64,000 bases of DNA. Origin: Felis catus (taxonomy: Eukaryota). The stretch is taken from assembly GCF_018350175.1 (NCBI RefSeq), contig NC_058368.1:7254001-7318000 (forward strand), written 5' to 3'. A program made the position numbers and the translations under genes. How positions within the stretch are numbered: the stretch's first letter is position 1; every line of letters begins with the position of its first letter. Below are positions 39,701 through 53,586 of the stretch, in pieces. A model generated the notes under the pieces. It was not told the origin of the DNA. It made no database searches and worked only from the letters and a program-made list of their open reading frames with translations.

Positions 39701-41281
39701 AAGCACTGTGCCTTTTAAAGAGCCAATCATTAAATAAAGTGATTACATACCAAAGGCTTTTAATAAATAATAATTTGAGTACTTACACAGCACTTTCTAT
39801 TTTCAAAGCACTTTACAAACTAATTATTTATAAATTGCATATAGCTGTAACATCTAAGTGCTCTAATTAGTTGGTATAACACACAGGTGCCTACAAAGTC
39901 TCTGTAGGGATAAAAAAAGAAAAAAGAAAAAAAAGTATACATAAAAAGCGGACCGTTTAGTGCCATTCTGACCAAAGAGTGTCTTGCATTTCTAGAAATA
40001 TGAGACCATATCAAGTTCTATGGCCCACCATTCCCCACCCTTCTTTTTGTTTCCTTGAAACATTAAAATTATAGATAGTCCCCAGATCACTAGACAAGAA
40101 TCTTTTTGTCGGCATAATCTTTTGTAACATCCCTTAGACTAGACTCCTAGGAAGTATACCCAAATCGACCAGTGTATGCTTTCAAATACTTATAAAGACC
40201 CCAAATCCAGCCTTTTGTGCTTAGATTCTTGGGGGTTCTTTGTTGTTCTCTATTTGGAACTTTATAAATTATCCAGGTACAGTTATTGTGTGATTTGCAA
40301 TTTTTTAATGAATTCTTTCCATATCTAAATTATTGGGGTCCGTATTGTACAGCAAATACGGACCTAGTAGGGGCACAGCCCTAAGAAATGGTGGAGCCTG
40401 TCCTAAAAAGCCTTATGGGGTTTGGAGAGGGCAGACAGAGTTATACACATGAAAAAGGAAACAGAGTGCGTTTACGATGAAGTGCTTTAACGTGCGGAGC
40501 AGAGTATTATGTGCTGAACACAGACCGGAATGGGAGAGAGATGCTCCTGAAACAAGGATTGTTCCAGGAGCATCCACTCTGCTAGCCACCATCCCAGGGA
40601 CTGCGGATGGCAAACAAGACGACCATAGCCTGCCTTCCAGCACCTCATGGGGTATTGAAGGTGGCAGACCTGAAAAATAAATCGAGTGTTCCAGAATAAA
40701 TCGTTTTCTCTTTCTCAGTATAAAGGGGCCATGAAAGATTCCTAAGCTTGGGAACACCCCCAGGGTTGCGTTGTGTTGTTGTGTTTCATCCCATGCCTGT
40801 GCAGAATGGATGAGCGGAAGGAAGCATTGTAAGTGCGTTAGGCGGCACTTATGTAATGTAAGGAGAGCTTAAGTGTAGGAATGGAGATAGGAGGATAGGA
40901 AAACTGCTCAGAAAGAAGGAAAATACTTGGAGACAGATTCTGTATAGCAGTAAAGGTAAAATAAAGATTGCAAATGGCCCCATGTCCGTGTCTTTTACCC
41001 CCTTGTTTTTCTACCACTCCCTCACAACCAAAACCAGTATGGCAGGATTTATCATCTCCACTCCTCCCCAACTTGTCCTTGCTTACGGAAGTCAGTGTGC
41101 ACCTCGCCCTTACCCCGTTTCCTCACTCGTGTCGGAATTCACATCTTTAACAAGGCTGAGAATCCAGGGCGACAGGTGACAAGATTGGGGGTGGGGAGAG
41201 GAGGTCGGGGCACCGAGCGGACTGGCTCTTGCTGCTGCTGGCCCTCAACAAGTTGCTCTCCTCAAAGGGAACCTTCCTGTC

Positions 41282-41365
41282 TTCCTTCCTTCTTTCCTTC
41301 CTTCCTTCCTTCCTTCCTTCCTTCCTTCCTTCCTTCCTTCCTCATTCATTCATTCATTCATTCCA
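41282..41365. repeat. (CCTT)n/(CATT)n microsatellite at an L2 tail
   Basis: Direct reading; followed by L2-like aaatattattgagcac. Confidence 0.9.
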
Positions 41366-41712
41366 TAAATATTATTGAGCACATACTATATGCATGCACA
41401 GTTTAGGTAGTAGGGATATAGCAGGGAACAAACTGACCCACAAGCAGTTTATTTTTTAACAGCAGATACATAAATAACGTGATGTGACTTAAGGTAGTGG
41501 TATAAATGGAAAGTGAAAGAAGGATAGGGGTGGGAAGGGTGAGAGAATGAGTAGCTAGTGAAGGCCTTTCAGAGAAGGTGACGTGTGAGCAGAGAAATAA
41601 AAGAGACCAAGGATAAATGAGACTGTACCCAGAATTTTCTAAAAACTGAGATGATTCAGCAGTGAAAAAGCTAAATTATGAACCTCTTTAAAGGAATAAA
41701 CTTCTCCGCATT

Positions 41713-41746
<34 letters not shown>

Positions 41747-41940
41747 AGTTTTTATCCGTGTCTAAAATTATATCACTTATATGTGCATGTACTTATATAG
41801 TAAAGAATAATTATAGTAAAGAATATTCAGTTACTGGGACAGTAGGATATTGTAAAAGTTTTAGATTGGCTAATACATATACATTTACATATGTATATGT
41901 ATTAGGGGAATTTATTTTAATGGGCCCTTTTTCCTTTTTC

Positions 41941-41988
<48 letters not shown>
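41713..41988. repeat. Two (TG)n microsatellites (about 41713-41746 and 41943-41988)
   Basis: Direct reading. Confidence 0.95.
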
Positions 41989-41991
<3 letters not shown>

Positions 41992-42049
41992 GTATATCTT
42001 AGGAGGAGAAACTGATGTGCTCGGGATCCTGAATATCTTTTAGCGGATA

Positions 42050-42290
42050 AATTAAGAGGTTGCATTGTTGGAATCATACTGCCTGGGTCTTGGCCTTGGC
42101 CCAAAGACTCTTTAACTATGTGGCCTTGGACAAGTTATTTGACCTCTTTCTGTCTGAGTTTCCTCATCTGTAACATTGAGATAACAATAACACTTGCCAT
42201 ATAGAAATATAACTGTTAATTTAGATAATCTATCGAAAGTGCTTAGGGCATATCTGGCCCATAGAGTATGCTGTCAATCAGCGTTAGTTA
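42050..42290 (+). mobile_element. MIR
   Basis: MIR core tgtggccttggacaagttatttgacctct...gagtttcctcatctgtaa. Confidence 0.8.
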
Positions 42291-43006
42291 TTAATGTTAT
42301 TATAATACCAGTAATGTGTCAAACAAGGTGATTTCACTCATTTCTTCCAGGTGACAACTTAAAAGCAAAAAATTGCTGTTATTTTTGTTTCCTCTAGCCC
42401 AGGGCAGCCCTATAATACAAATTTGCGGAGCCCTGTATGGAAGGTTATCAGTCTGCTAAAGCCATTGCTTTCAAGAAAGATATTTTAAAACAGCATTCCT
42501 ATTTATAGAATATAGATAAAAAGCGAAGAGAAATTGTGTTTCTCCTCTTTTCACAAAGAAATTAAGACGGAGCATCCATAATCTTTTCTAAGCTTCAAGA
42601 CAGAGGTTAATAAGCCAGAAGGGAAGCACGTTCTGCAGCAGATCTGGTTTGGTACGAGGTATCTGAATAAGAAACCAGGCTAAGCATAAAATTGCATGAA
42701 ATAGGATATATTGATATTGTATCCAATAATACAAACCCTCAGGAGGTTCGCTATTTGTTATGTAAGGCATTTAACGTATGTCAAAGAGAAAAGCTACCTG
42801 GGTGCTTTTGTCAGTTTGCCATGCGGACTTGAGTCCAGCCTCAAAAATGGTGTAGATGATGCCTCAACCAATTCTATTAAAAGAGCTTCACAAGAAAATC
42901 AAACCTCCTAGAGCATCTAGCAGATGGAGACTGCACCGTTGGCTTAAACAACATCTTGGGGTTTGGGTTGGGTTTTTCTGTTTGTTTTTGTTTTTGATCC
43001 TCTTTC

Positions 43007-43236
43007 TTTTTTTTTTTTTTTTAATTTTTTTTTCAACGTTTATTTATTTTTGGGACAGAGAGAGACAGAGCATGAACGGGGGAGGGGCAGAGAGAGAGGG
43101 AGACACAGAATCGGAAACAGGCTCCAGGCTCCGAGCCATCAGCCCAGAGCCTGACGCGGGGCTCGAACTCATGGACCGCGAGATCGTGACCTGGCTGAAG
43201 TCAGACGCTTAACCGACTGCGCCACCCAGGCGCCCC
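43007..43236 (-). mobile_element. Young Can-SINE (SINEC_Fc type)
   Basis: TSD ttgatcctctttc at 42994-43006 and 43237-43249. Confidence 0.95.
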
Positions 43237-43289
43237 TTGATCCTCTTTCAAGAGTGAAAGAGGCTTTCTTTCTAGAGGCCTCCTTCCAA

Positions 43290-43535
43290 AATAGTACTGT
43301 GTGGAAGGGTAAGAACCCTGAAGTGGGAGGCCTGGTTTAAATCTTGGCTCTACCATTTTCTAACTTGTGAATGCAGGAAAGTGTCTTAAGATTCCTGACC
43401 CCCCGTTTCCTTATCTGTAAAATTGGCTAATGCTAATACCAACTTTACAGGGTTGTTGTGAAGAATGAGTGAAATACGGCACTCAGCACGGTTCCTAGCA
43501 TACTTAAATACTCAAATACTAGCGATTACTATTAC
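43290..43535 (+). mobile_element. MIR
   Basis: gtttaaatcttggctctaccatt...gtttccttatctgtaaaat...cagggttgttgtgaagaat. Confidence 0.75.
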
Positions 43536-43840
43536 TGTTCTATTGGTTATTGTTGAAGCCAATTAGTGGTGATTCGAATAGTGGCCTTCCTCCTATTGGT
43601 TATGTCTCGTTATCCGTGACAGACCTCAAAGCTGGCTTGTACTAGCTGGTCCTTGTCTTTCCACATCATCACCTGTGACTGTCTGCCCACTGGCCTTCTC
43701 ACTTCTTTCCTTATCTGCCTTGCTTCTTTGTGTCGGAGCCTTGGCACTTGCCCCCTATTTCCCTGCACTGTCTTCCCTTAAGTCTTCCCATGGCCTATCC
43801 CTTTTCAAGGTAATTTCCTTAGAGAATCATCCTTGACCAA

Positions 43841-44270
43841 TGTATTACTTACCCGATGCTGCGTAACAAATTGTCCTAAAACTTCGTGCTGAGAACTAAA
43901 ACCATGTCTCGGTGTCCGTGGGTCAGGGATCTTGCTGGAGCTTAACTGGATGAACCCGACTCACAGGCTGCAGTCGCCTGGAGGCTGGAATGGGGGGTGA
44001 CTCACCTCCAAGCTCACTCACCTGAGGCTGCCTCCTGCCATGGCCTCTTCCCCCAGAGCAGGGGGGGGGGGGCAGGAAGTAGCACATGAACCCAAGATGG
44101 AAGCCGCAGTCTTTTTATACCCTAATCTTGGAAGTGACATTCGTCATTTCTGCCCCATTCTCTTTGTTAGAAGTGAATCTGTTAAGTTCAGCCCACGCTG
44201 AAGGTGGGATTATACAGGAGTGTGAAAATCAGGAGGTGAAGAGCCTTAGGACAATCCTTACCCACCGCTG
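43841..44270 (-). mobile_element. MaLR LTR (MLT1-like)
   Basis: Begins tgtattacttacccgatgctgcgtaacaaatt...aaaactt and contains cttggaagtgaca...tctgcc...ttgttagaagtga motifs typical of MLT1. Confidence 0.7.
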
Positions 44271-44689
44271 GCTTCTCTAGACCAGCAAGAGCACCTACAG
44301 ACCAACCTCTGTCGTTTTCTACCCACTGACCTTGCTTCATCTCTGCATGGTCCTCCTCACCAGCTCACATCGTACTGTGTATTTACCTGTTTGTTGTCTA
44401 ACTCCACTTGCATACAGGCTCCCTGAGGGCAACGGCTTTGTCCCTCTTTGCCTTTGGGTCCCCAGCACTTGAAACCATGGCAGGCCCGTGTACGCATTCG
44501 TTAATATTCAGGAAACGAATGGCCCCGAATGATTGAATGTCAGCACCCGTATGACTGGCACAACAGGGAGGAAAGGGAAAAACTGCAGAGAAAAACTGAG
44601 GGTTTGTAATGACGTTATTTTGTACACTCGTCCGCTGACACACACTCAGAGAAGCCACCACAGTGACAAGCCTCAAGAAAAAAAATTCT

Positions 44690-44793
44690 TGGGCTGCTTG
44701 GCTGGCTCAGTTGGTAGAGCATGCGACTCTTGATCCCAGGGTCTTGAGTTCAAGCCCCACGTTGGGCGGAGAGGTTACTTAAAATAAAAAAAG
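44690..44793 (+). mobile_element. Short Can-SINE / tRNA-derived SINE
   Basis: ggctcagttggtagagcatgcgactcttgatc...gagttcaagccccac followed by an A-tail. Confidence 0.8.
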
Positions 44794-46247
44794 AAAAATT
44801 CCTGAGTGAGGCAAGAAAGCATGCCTGTCCTGTGGCTTCAATGGGAGGAAGAGCTGAGGTGATTGGCACCTTAGCCTAAGTAATAAATAAGGGTGGTTGT
44901 GCGTTATAATCTATTTCATTAATGTCTTCTCTCCATCCCCAAGAGCTTTGGTCCTACCATCCCTTAACCACCTTTAGCTCATGCTTCAGTTCTCTTTTGT
45001 CCTATTGGTCTGAAAGAAAAGGCAGCATATATCCCACTTGAAGGGGATCAAAGGACATTTTTACTTTGTAGCAGCAGCAGTATGGAAGGGCGACACCAAT
45101 TATCCTTGGGATCTTGTATCCACAGAATTCTAATGGGGTCAAAGTCGTAGGATTTTTGTTTTGGATACTGTGAGATGGAATGCACAGGATTTGAGTCTAA
45201 GGGATCCTGTTCTGTCAATACTATATCCTTTTCCTGATCGGTTTGTCTAATGAGTCTATGCCTTTATTACAAATGGGATTGCTTTGGCAAGATACAAAAT
45301 ATGTGCATTTTTTTCTACCATTTTAAGTCCTGCTATGTTCTAGATACTAAGGATGCAAAGGTGCATCTCATTTGGTTCCTGACCTATGTATTACTGAACT
45401 CTTGAAAGAAAGGTATCATTTCTTCTAATTCTTAACACCTTGTTTAAAATTGTGGCCCCTTCTCCAACACTCTTACCCTCGGCATTCTCTTTGTATTGGC
45501 ACTTAACGTCTTATAAAACATATAGAATGTACCTATTGATTGCATTTATTCTATATTGTCTATTCCTCCCCCACATTCCCCAAGTGCCACCACTATAACA
45601 TAAGCTCCACGAAGCACAGGTTTGGTCTGACTGCTCACTGGTGTATCTATAGACCCTGGCCCGTAGTAGATGCTCAAAAACTGTTTGTCAAATGCATAAA
45701 TCAAATGCATAAAGATTGACTCTGTATTTTTCTTCAATGAGTATTCTAAGAGTTTAATTTTAGTTTGAAAGGTTAAAATATCCTATAACCTTTGGGATTG
45801 CCAGGGAGAAGATGCAGATCTGGGAGTTCATTTAGGCAAAAGACGCTCATGATCGTTTCGGGCAAAGATAGAGTTCCAAAGGGGTAGCCTGCACAGTGAG
45901 AACCAAGCCGATCCTACCAGGTGGTAGGTGGGTCCACAGAGCTCACCTAAAAAAACCCCAAACAACTGATTGTGTTACACATGGCTAAGAAGGTAGGGCT
46001 TTGGTTCTGGAAGGCCACATTTGCAAGTGAGTGGCTCTCACATTAGTGCGAACTGACCCTCAAGGCAGCCACTATTGGTTTCGTGAACACCTGCCCTACC
46101 TTTCATACCTACGGCATGGTTTCAGATTTGGGGAGTTCACCAATGAACACTATCTCAAAAAATAAAATCTAGGGTGAATTAATGCCGGGTTGCTTACGTT
46201 TTGTTTTGCCATTGCAAATGGACTTCGCCTTTGCTTTGATGGAAATT

Positions 46248-46955
46248 TGTCAGGAATCCCGGTCTTTATAGGCCTGATAGAGCATGAAGGCTTCCAGTGT
46301 GTGTTTTCCAACACTAGCACGCAATGAACTCAGTTCAGTTCTGACACACTCTACCCGAAACTGTCTGATCTCACTGGTTTGGGACTTACTCCCACAGACT
46401 GTGCGCCCCGCCTCATCTCCGTCAGATCACCAATCATGAGTCCAGACTATTGCCTGTGCTTCTGACCTACGTGCTGTCATCCCAGTAAACCCCTACTTGG
46501 GTTCAATTACTTTGCTAGCGCAGCCCACAGAACTCAGAGAAACATTTACTTAGGTTTACCAGTTTGTTATAAAGGATACAGATGAACAGCTAGAGGAAGA
46601 GGTACAATAGTATAAGGTATGTGGGTCGGGCGTGGGGTTTCCATGCCTTCTCTCTCCTCGCATCTCCACACGTTCACCAATCCAGAAGCTCTTTGAACCC
46701 TGTCCTTTTGGGTATTCACAGAGACTCCACTCGTCAGCCTTTGGTGACTGAGCTTAATCTCCAGCTCCTCTCCCTGCCCCAGAAGGCTGGGGGTGGGCTA
46801 GCCAACCCCCATCTTTAGAAAGCCTAGGAGCTCAACATGACAAAAGATACCTTTATTGCCCTCAACATTTAGGAAATTCCAAGGGTTTTAGAAGCTCTGT
46901 GCTAGGAACAGATAAAGACCAAATATTTATTTCTTACAAATCAGAAAATCACAAG
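46248..46955. mobile_element. ERVL LTR (MER21-like)
   Basis: Motifs cagttctgacac, cacagaactcagagaaacatttactta..tttaccagttt.ttataaaggataca, ggaaattccaagggttttagaagctctgtg. Confidence 0.7.
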
Positions 46956-49419
46956 GCCAAAAACAAAGAATAAATGGGACATTCCAAAATTGGATGTCTG
47001 GTGTGCCTTTTTTTTTTTTTTTTTTTTAAATCACATTAGCTCCACAATAAGATGAGCAGACTCTGGCAGTTTTTCCTTGGATCCTCATGAACATTTGGTC
47101 CACAGCTCTTAATTTCTACACCACCATTCCTGCTAATTTATATGGGATCTCAGAATCATTTTAATTGGAGCTTAGATTGCAAGTTAAGGATCACACATCG
47201 TTGAGATTCTGCAACTAAAATTATTATCCTGGTTGGCTTGCTTACTCTGTTCTGCATACTTATGCATAAATTCTGGGGCTTGGAATACTTAGCGGGATTT
47301 TTATTAAAAAATGATTAGTCTAAAATATAAAATGTAAGCATCAATTACCATTTCATTCCCTGAAAACGAAGAATAAAGAGTGTCACCATCATGTTCTTTG
47401 TGTGTCAGAGTAAATGCAGTGGAGTCATACTCGGCCTCAGATCTTATCATCGAAGCCTTCCAGACTTGGTTCTACAAATCGCTACCTGTGGTTGGTTGGT
47501 TGGCTTCTTTATTGACACGGTGAAGATCGTTCTTTGTTCTTAAGTGGATGGAGGAAATCGGAGATTCTGGGGCCTTCTGATTAGACGCTGTGCTGAAAAT
47601 GTCTGTCTTGAAGTGCCACAGGCGTTCACCGCTGCTGCCCAGACTTGCAGCTTGCGAGCCAAGGGTTCCCTTTTTGTTTTCGTGTTCTAATAAATTGGTC
47701 CCCACCTGAGAGCAGTGTGCTTCAGAACAAGCCAGGACACGAGGAAGCCAACTGGGCTTCTCCCTAGCCAGAAGCAGATGGCCAAACAGACACGTAACTG
47801 TGACCGTAAAGTAAGAAGACCGATTTGCCTAGCCACATGGGAAAACCAGTTTACTCCTCCTTCAAGGTAGAGAGTTTTTCCCATTTACAGAAGAGGAAAC
47901 TGAGGCCTGGAGAAGTAACCAGCCCAAGGGTATATGGGTAGTAAGTGGGTATGACCCAGGACAGCCTGACTCCTTAGGCTCAGCTTCTTATGTCCATAAT
48001 GTTGCCTGGGTTAACCTCCCTCAGGTACATATGAAGATAACAAAGCTTTGTGAGAACGTATGCTCCAGAGAGTTCGATTTGAGAGACAAAACTGGCTTGT
48101 TTTGTCTTGTTTATTTCCCAGTCCAGGCTGCAACATGATGGAAATGAGGCTGATCTGAACCATGAAAAGAGTCAAAGAGTTAGTCTCAGGTTAAGAATCC
48201 AGATACAGGCTTACTGATACTTGGTTTGTGAAAGTACCGTTTCCCATATTATTAAACTGCATTGGCATTATCTTTACGTTCTAGTCGTTTAAGCCCTGTT
48301 GTACCAAAGCAGCACTTCCTCATCCTGAAAATGTGGAAAACATCTTCACAGACGCAGTAAGATAAGGGTGTGTGTTAATTGACGGGGCTCTGGATGTGGA
48401 GTCAGAAAGGTCTGGGGGAGACTCAGGTGTACCCTCTACTGGTTGACCTTGGATGAGTCAGACTTCTTAATTAAGCCTTAGTTGCCTAACAGAAAGGGAA
48501 CAATAACTTCAAGGGTTCTTCTGAGGGTCCACGAGATAATGTATCATGCTGTTAATTGCTCTACACATTATAGATACTATTATATAATACTTTTGTGTTT
48601 TAGTTAACACATAACTATCAATACTTCATAACCACTTTTTAAATTTTTTTTTAATTTTTACTTATTTCAGGAGATTTCTTCAAATAATGTCTTACATTTG
48701 TTCACTGCTTTATAGTTACAAAGTAACTATATATATGATTGTATTTGATCCCCGTAAGAACTCTGAAAGAACAGAAGTATCTTTATTTTACAGATAAGGT
48801 AACCAAGATCACAAGACCACGGAGCTAGTAAGTGGCAGGACTGGGGCACATCCTTTTCTTTACAGTATTCTAGTGGCTTTGTCATTTTCCTAAGGAGACT
48901 TGAACATGCCCTTGATTCAGGTCTAGAAAGTAAGAACAGCATAATCCCTCTCTGAAAAGCGCCAAGAGATGGCATAGGGAATGTTTACAGAACAATCAAT
49001 TCATAACTCTACTCGATCTGGATTTTTCAGGTAGGAAACTCTGCTCTGAAGCTTGAATTATCCTGAACGTGTGTTCTTCTGTTGCACACGTTCACTGGGA
49101 TGTTAACCTGTCCGCCCGTATTGCCTGGAGCAGACCTAGTTCAAGAATGAACGCAATGAACTCTTTGAAAAGCTGAAGAACCCAGACCAGACCACTGGCT
49201 TTCTTTTTGTACATACAAGATAGGGGGCTTTCGTAGAGTTTGTTTCTGGTCATGTGTTTCATGGGTCATTGGCCCTTTGAAGTAGTTCTCTTCTGACTGG
49301 TTCTCCGCCCGTCTCCCTGTTAGCCCTTTAAAATCTCACTCGGTTTCAGCGAAGGACTTGGTTAGCTCTGCCAAGTGCACACAAAATTTCCTCTGGCTGT
49401 AGAAAGATAGAATTTCCTT

Positions 49420-49620
49420 GGGGCGCCCAGGTGGCCCAGATGGTTAAGCATCTGACTCTTGACCTCAGCTCAGGTCATGATCTCGCAGTTCATGTGTTCG
49501 AGCCCTGCCTCAGGCTCCGTACTGACGGTTCGGAGCCTGCTTGGGATTCATTCTCTCTCCCCCTCCCCGCCCCCCCCCCCCCCACGCTGTGTGTGTCTCT
49601 CTCAAAATAAATAAATAAAT
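49420..49620 (+). mobile_element. Can-SINE
   Basis: Head and tail; TSD aatttcctt. Confidence 0.9.
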
Positions 49621-50580
49621 AATTTCCTTTATTATTTGGACCAATAAATAATGTCATCAAAACAGAATAATACACAGGATTAAAAACATGAACATTCTGG
49701 AAGCTTTTCTTCACAGAATATAAATTGAAGAAGGAGATACTGAGATTGAAAAATGTTTTGCCAAATTCAAATCCCTAGGTGAACTACATTGCCCCTCCCA
49801 AGAAAGATCAATACAAAGAAAGCCCTTTTATACTTTCTCATACTTTTTCATTCCTTACAATGCATCTGTGAGCCAGGGCTTAGTCTCATCTTATGGAGAG
49901 AAACACACTCAGGGAAGGTGTACGATTTGCCCAAGAACACCCAGTTGGCTAGTGGAGTGGGCTCCCACTGCACCCCACCGGTTGCCAACCTAAAACATGG
50001 GTTTGCATATTAAAAGGTTTTGATCTATCAAAACCTTTGAAGTGAATAATTCAGGTAATTTTGTGTAGGTTTTCGGTTTTATATGATTGAGCAATCATAG
50101 TAAATTACTTGAAGAGACATTTGCCAGGCCGGGGGAGTTCTAGTTTTACCACTCCTGAATTCAGCCAGGACCAAGTTTCCCATCAGCCATTGCTGGGTGG
50201 GGTTTGCTTCTTGTGTGTGTTTTACAACACGATTATAGACACGCAGTAGCACCGGGATCGTGTTAGTGCCGCTCTTTGCGGAATTGTTCTCTAAAGGCAA
50301 TGACCCTGGGCCAAAATATCGTAATTGTAGTCTGTCCCCTGGTAATCCCTACCAGGATGATGGAAAAATGCCATCTGAGGTTGGGAGGGAGGGTGAGAAA
50401 TACTGAGAATTTTGTTAAATTTTCCAATAAAAGAAAAAAGATAACTTTAGTTTTAGGCCAGTTGTTAACCTCCCTAAGCCATAATTTCCTTGGCTTTAAA
50501 TAATAAAATTAGACTCTTAACATTTGGGAAACTTTTACTTTACGTTCTCATAACATATTATTATATTTAAAGGTTCCTTA

Positions 50581-50795
50581 GGGGCGCCTGGATGGCTTAG
50601 TGGGTTAAGCGCCCAACTCTTGGTTTCGGCTCAGGTCATGATCTCACAGCCTCGTGGGTTCGAGCCCCCACATTGGGCTCTGCCTGGGCAGTGCAGATCC
50701 TGCTTGGGATTCTTTGTCTCCCTCTCGCTCTCTCTCTGCCCCTCCCCCGCTCGTGCTGTCTGTGTCTCCATCTCGGTTTCTTTCCTTCCATATTA
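50581..50795 (+). mobile_element. Can-SINE
   Basis: Recognisable head and CT tract. Confidence 0.85.
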
Positions 50796-53383
50796 TAGTA
50801 AAAAGAGCCCTGTAAATACTTGGAATCGAGGCCTCTCCGGAAATGCTGTTTAGGAATTGATATAGGAGCTTAGCATACGGTCCACTTCCTATCAAGCAAA
50901 TGCTAAGGGAGAATTGTGAACTTGGGGCTTTGATTGCTTCAAGTGAGATGTGAAATTCTGGTTCTGAGCTTTTCTATTGAAAACACAGTGCCCTTTCCTA
51001 TAAGCCCACGAGTACATCAGACATCGGAAACGGGCCAAATTATGCTGTTTGGGTAATCAGCACGTTAATATCTCTCAGAATTGCCCCCCTCCATCTCCGT
51101 TGGATACCTATTCCATTTTTAACACAGTCCTAACCTCTTCATTAGCCCCGCTTCATCCGGTTAAACCACAGCTGTTTCTCCATCCTGAAGGGTGGATTGT
51201 ATTTCAGTCACAGACACAGTGACTCTCGTAGGTGCAGCTACGTAAAGGCACAGCAGCAGTAAAGGGACAGGCCAAGTCCGCTTTTCAGTTTTTTGACATT
51301 TAGCAAAATGCATCGTGAAACACTTCCTCCAGACCATGCTTTCCTATTTCCCTTTGCATTGCACCAGGACCCGGCAGCTCCTGGCAGCCACAAGGGAAGC
51401 CTCTCCGGGGGCTTTAGAAGGACGTGTAAGACCTTGTTTGTACAGTTGCGCTGTGTGGACCGACTTGTTTGGGTGAGCCATCGAGGTTGAGTACCTTGAA
51501 CCTCTTACAAAGGTTTACCTCCGAGGGACGCCACTCCCAAGGGTAGGTTCGCGTGTGTATGCCCACCTGCTTAATTAGTTCCTTTCGCCGCTACCTTAGT
51601 ACGGAATTTTTCCCCCCAATGCACTCGTATGCAGAGTGACCAAGGATTTTTTCAATTGGAGCATGGGCTGGAAGATGGCCTTGTTCTACTTGGATTCATT
51701 GTCACATAAATTGGCACCTGAAAGACAGCCTGAAACTTGAAACACTGGAGGGTTTATAGAGTCCGGGACGTACTGCTTGGTTTCGGTGAATTATTTTTAC
51801 GTGAGATTCTTGTACTTAATTACTGATGTAGAAAATATTGTCTGTGTGTAGACGTACACAGGAACTCTGTGCCAGTTTTGTAGGGGAAACTGCTACATCT
51901 CTCAAAGCACTCTTTGATACCCAGTGCGAAAGCCAAGGGAACATGGGGCGGTCAAGATGAGGCCCAGGGCTGGCAGTCCACGCGGCCTGAGGAAAGCACA
52001 CCTCGCCCCGGGGGATCCCCCCTCTTCAACGCGCCCTCCGTCTTCTCGGGCCTCTCTAGGCCTGACTCTGCCTTGCGCTGAGCGCCCCGGGGTGGTCACT
52101 GAGCCTGTGTCGATGGCTGTGAAGCATAGGCTTTCTCTTCCTCTCACCTCCTGGTGCATCGCTGGACTTCTAAGAATTAGACGTCTCAGTCTGTCTTCTT
52201 CCCGTTCAGTTCCTAAAAAGCGCCTGATTCCCTGGATGACAGGTCACTTTTTTATCGTGAGATGGCTGCTCCAGGAGAAAAGTTTCTAAGGTGGGTTTTC
52301 AAAGGAAAGCACCTTTTTAAAGAGCATGAAACGACTAGGAAGTCCTACACATTCTGGAACTTTCTGTCTTCATGTTTTTCCGTTCCTTGGCTCTTGGCCC
52401 CTAAGTATGCTTCCTAATCCTAGAAGGGGGCAGTTTACTGCGGCCTTGCCACCCCTGAGGGAAGTAGCTTCCGCGGGCCGACCAGGCTTTCTGCTGACTA
52501 GGCCGTCCTCGGGGCTGAGATCCAGGGGCTCAGAAGCCTTGTGCAGGACAGTCTGGAGAGAACCGCAGGTCGCTTGTGTGCAGCGGAGCTCCCTGGATTC
52601 AGACAGTGATTTACTGACCACGCTCTTGGTGAGGTGGCTTTTCTGGAATGCGGTGTATTATCAAAGGTCGGCGTGCCCAACGCCAGCCCTCCCTGAAGAA
52701 AGCTGTGCAGACAGACTTTAGAGGCTTTATGCTGTGATTTTTTTCCTTTGTACACTGTTGTGATTTTTTTTTCTTTTTTGCATTTTGAATGGCTGTTTGA
52801 TGAGAGTGAGTTTTATTTTATATTTCGGCTTCTGTAGCATTCTGCCAGGTTTTCCTTTCCTTTACCAAATTTAAGCAGCTGCCATATTAGCTTTTCTTGG
52901 CTCTCTCATTGGCTCCCTTCTATAGCCATCTTTCTAGACGTTAAGCACTTTTTTTTCCTTGCAGTTTTCCTTTCGTCAGTTTTGTTCTTCAATGCGTCCA
53001 TTCTCTTAAGGAGATAACAAAATGCTTTCATTGATTGAGATTGCTCACAAATAACTTTGACTTTAGATTCTCTGTCTGGGTTTATTTCTCGCTAGTCATA
53101 TTTCAGGAGAACATGCATGTATCTTTGAACTTAACCTTTGCTCCATCAAAGAGATATGCTGCCGTTCTTGGAATGGTAGAATTCATGGGCTTTTCTCTTT
53201 AGAGTTTATTCCTTTCTAAGTTCATCCTCGTACAGAGCGTACGAGAAGGTTGACACCGACTCGTTCATCATTTTAGTATTTTACTGGGAAATATTTTACC
53301 GGGGGTGTCCCCACCCCCACCCCCCACAAAGTTTTTTTAGTAAGAGATGCTTTTCTTCATAGTATATAAAATTTACCAGGGCT

Positions 53384-53586
53384 GGGCGCCTGGGTGGCTC
53401 AGTCGGTTGAGCGGCCGACTTTGGCTCAGGTCATGATCTCATGGTCCGTGAGTTCGAGCCCCGCGTGGGGCTCTGTGCTGACAGCTCAGAGCCTGGATCC
53501 TGTTTCAGATTCTGTGTCTCCCTCTCTCTCTAACCCTCCCCCGCTCATGCTCTGTCTCTCTCTGTCTCAAAAATAAAATAAAACAT
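53384..53586 (+). mobile_element. Can-SINE
   Basis: TSD taaaatttaccagggct at 53367-53383 and 53587-53603. Confidence 0.95.

Noticed and set aside
44690..44770. tRNA-like sequence with A and B boxes
   Set aside because: It is a SINE head followed by an A-tail; no clean acceptor stem, so not called a tRNA gene.
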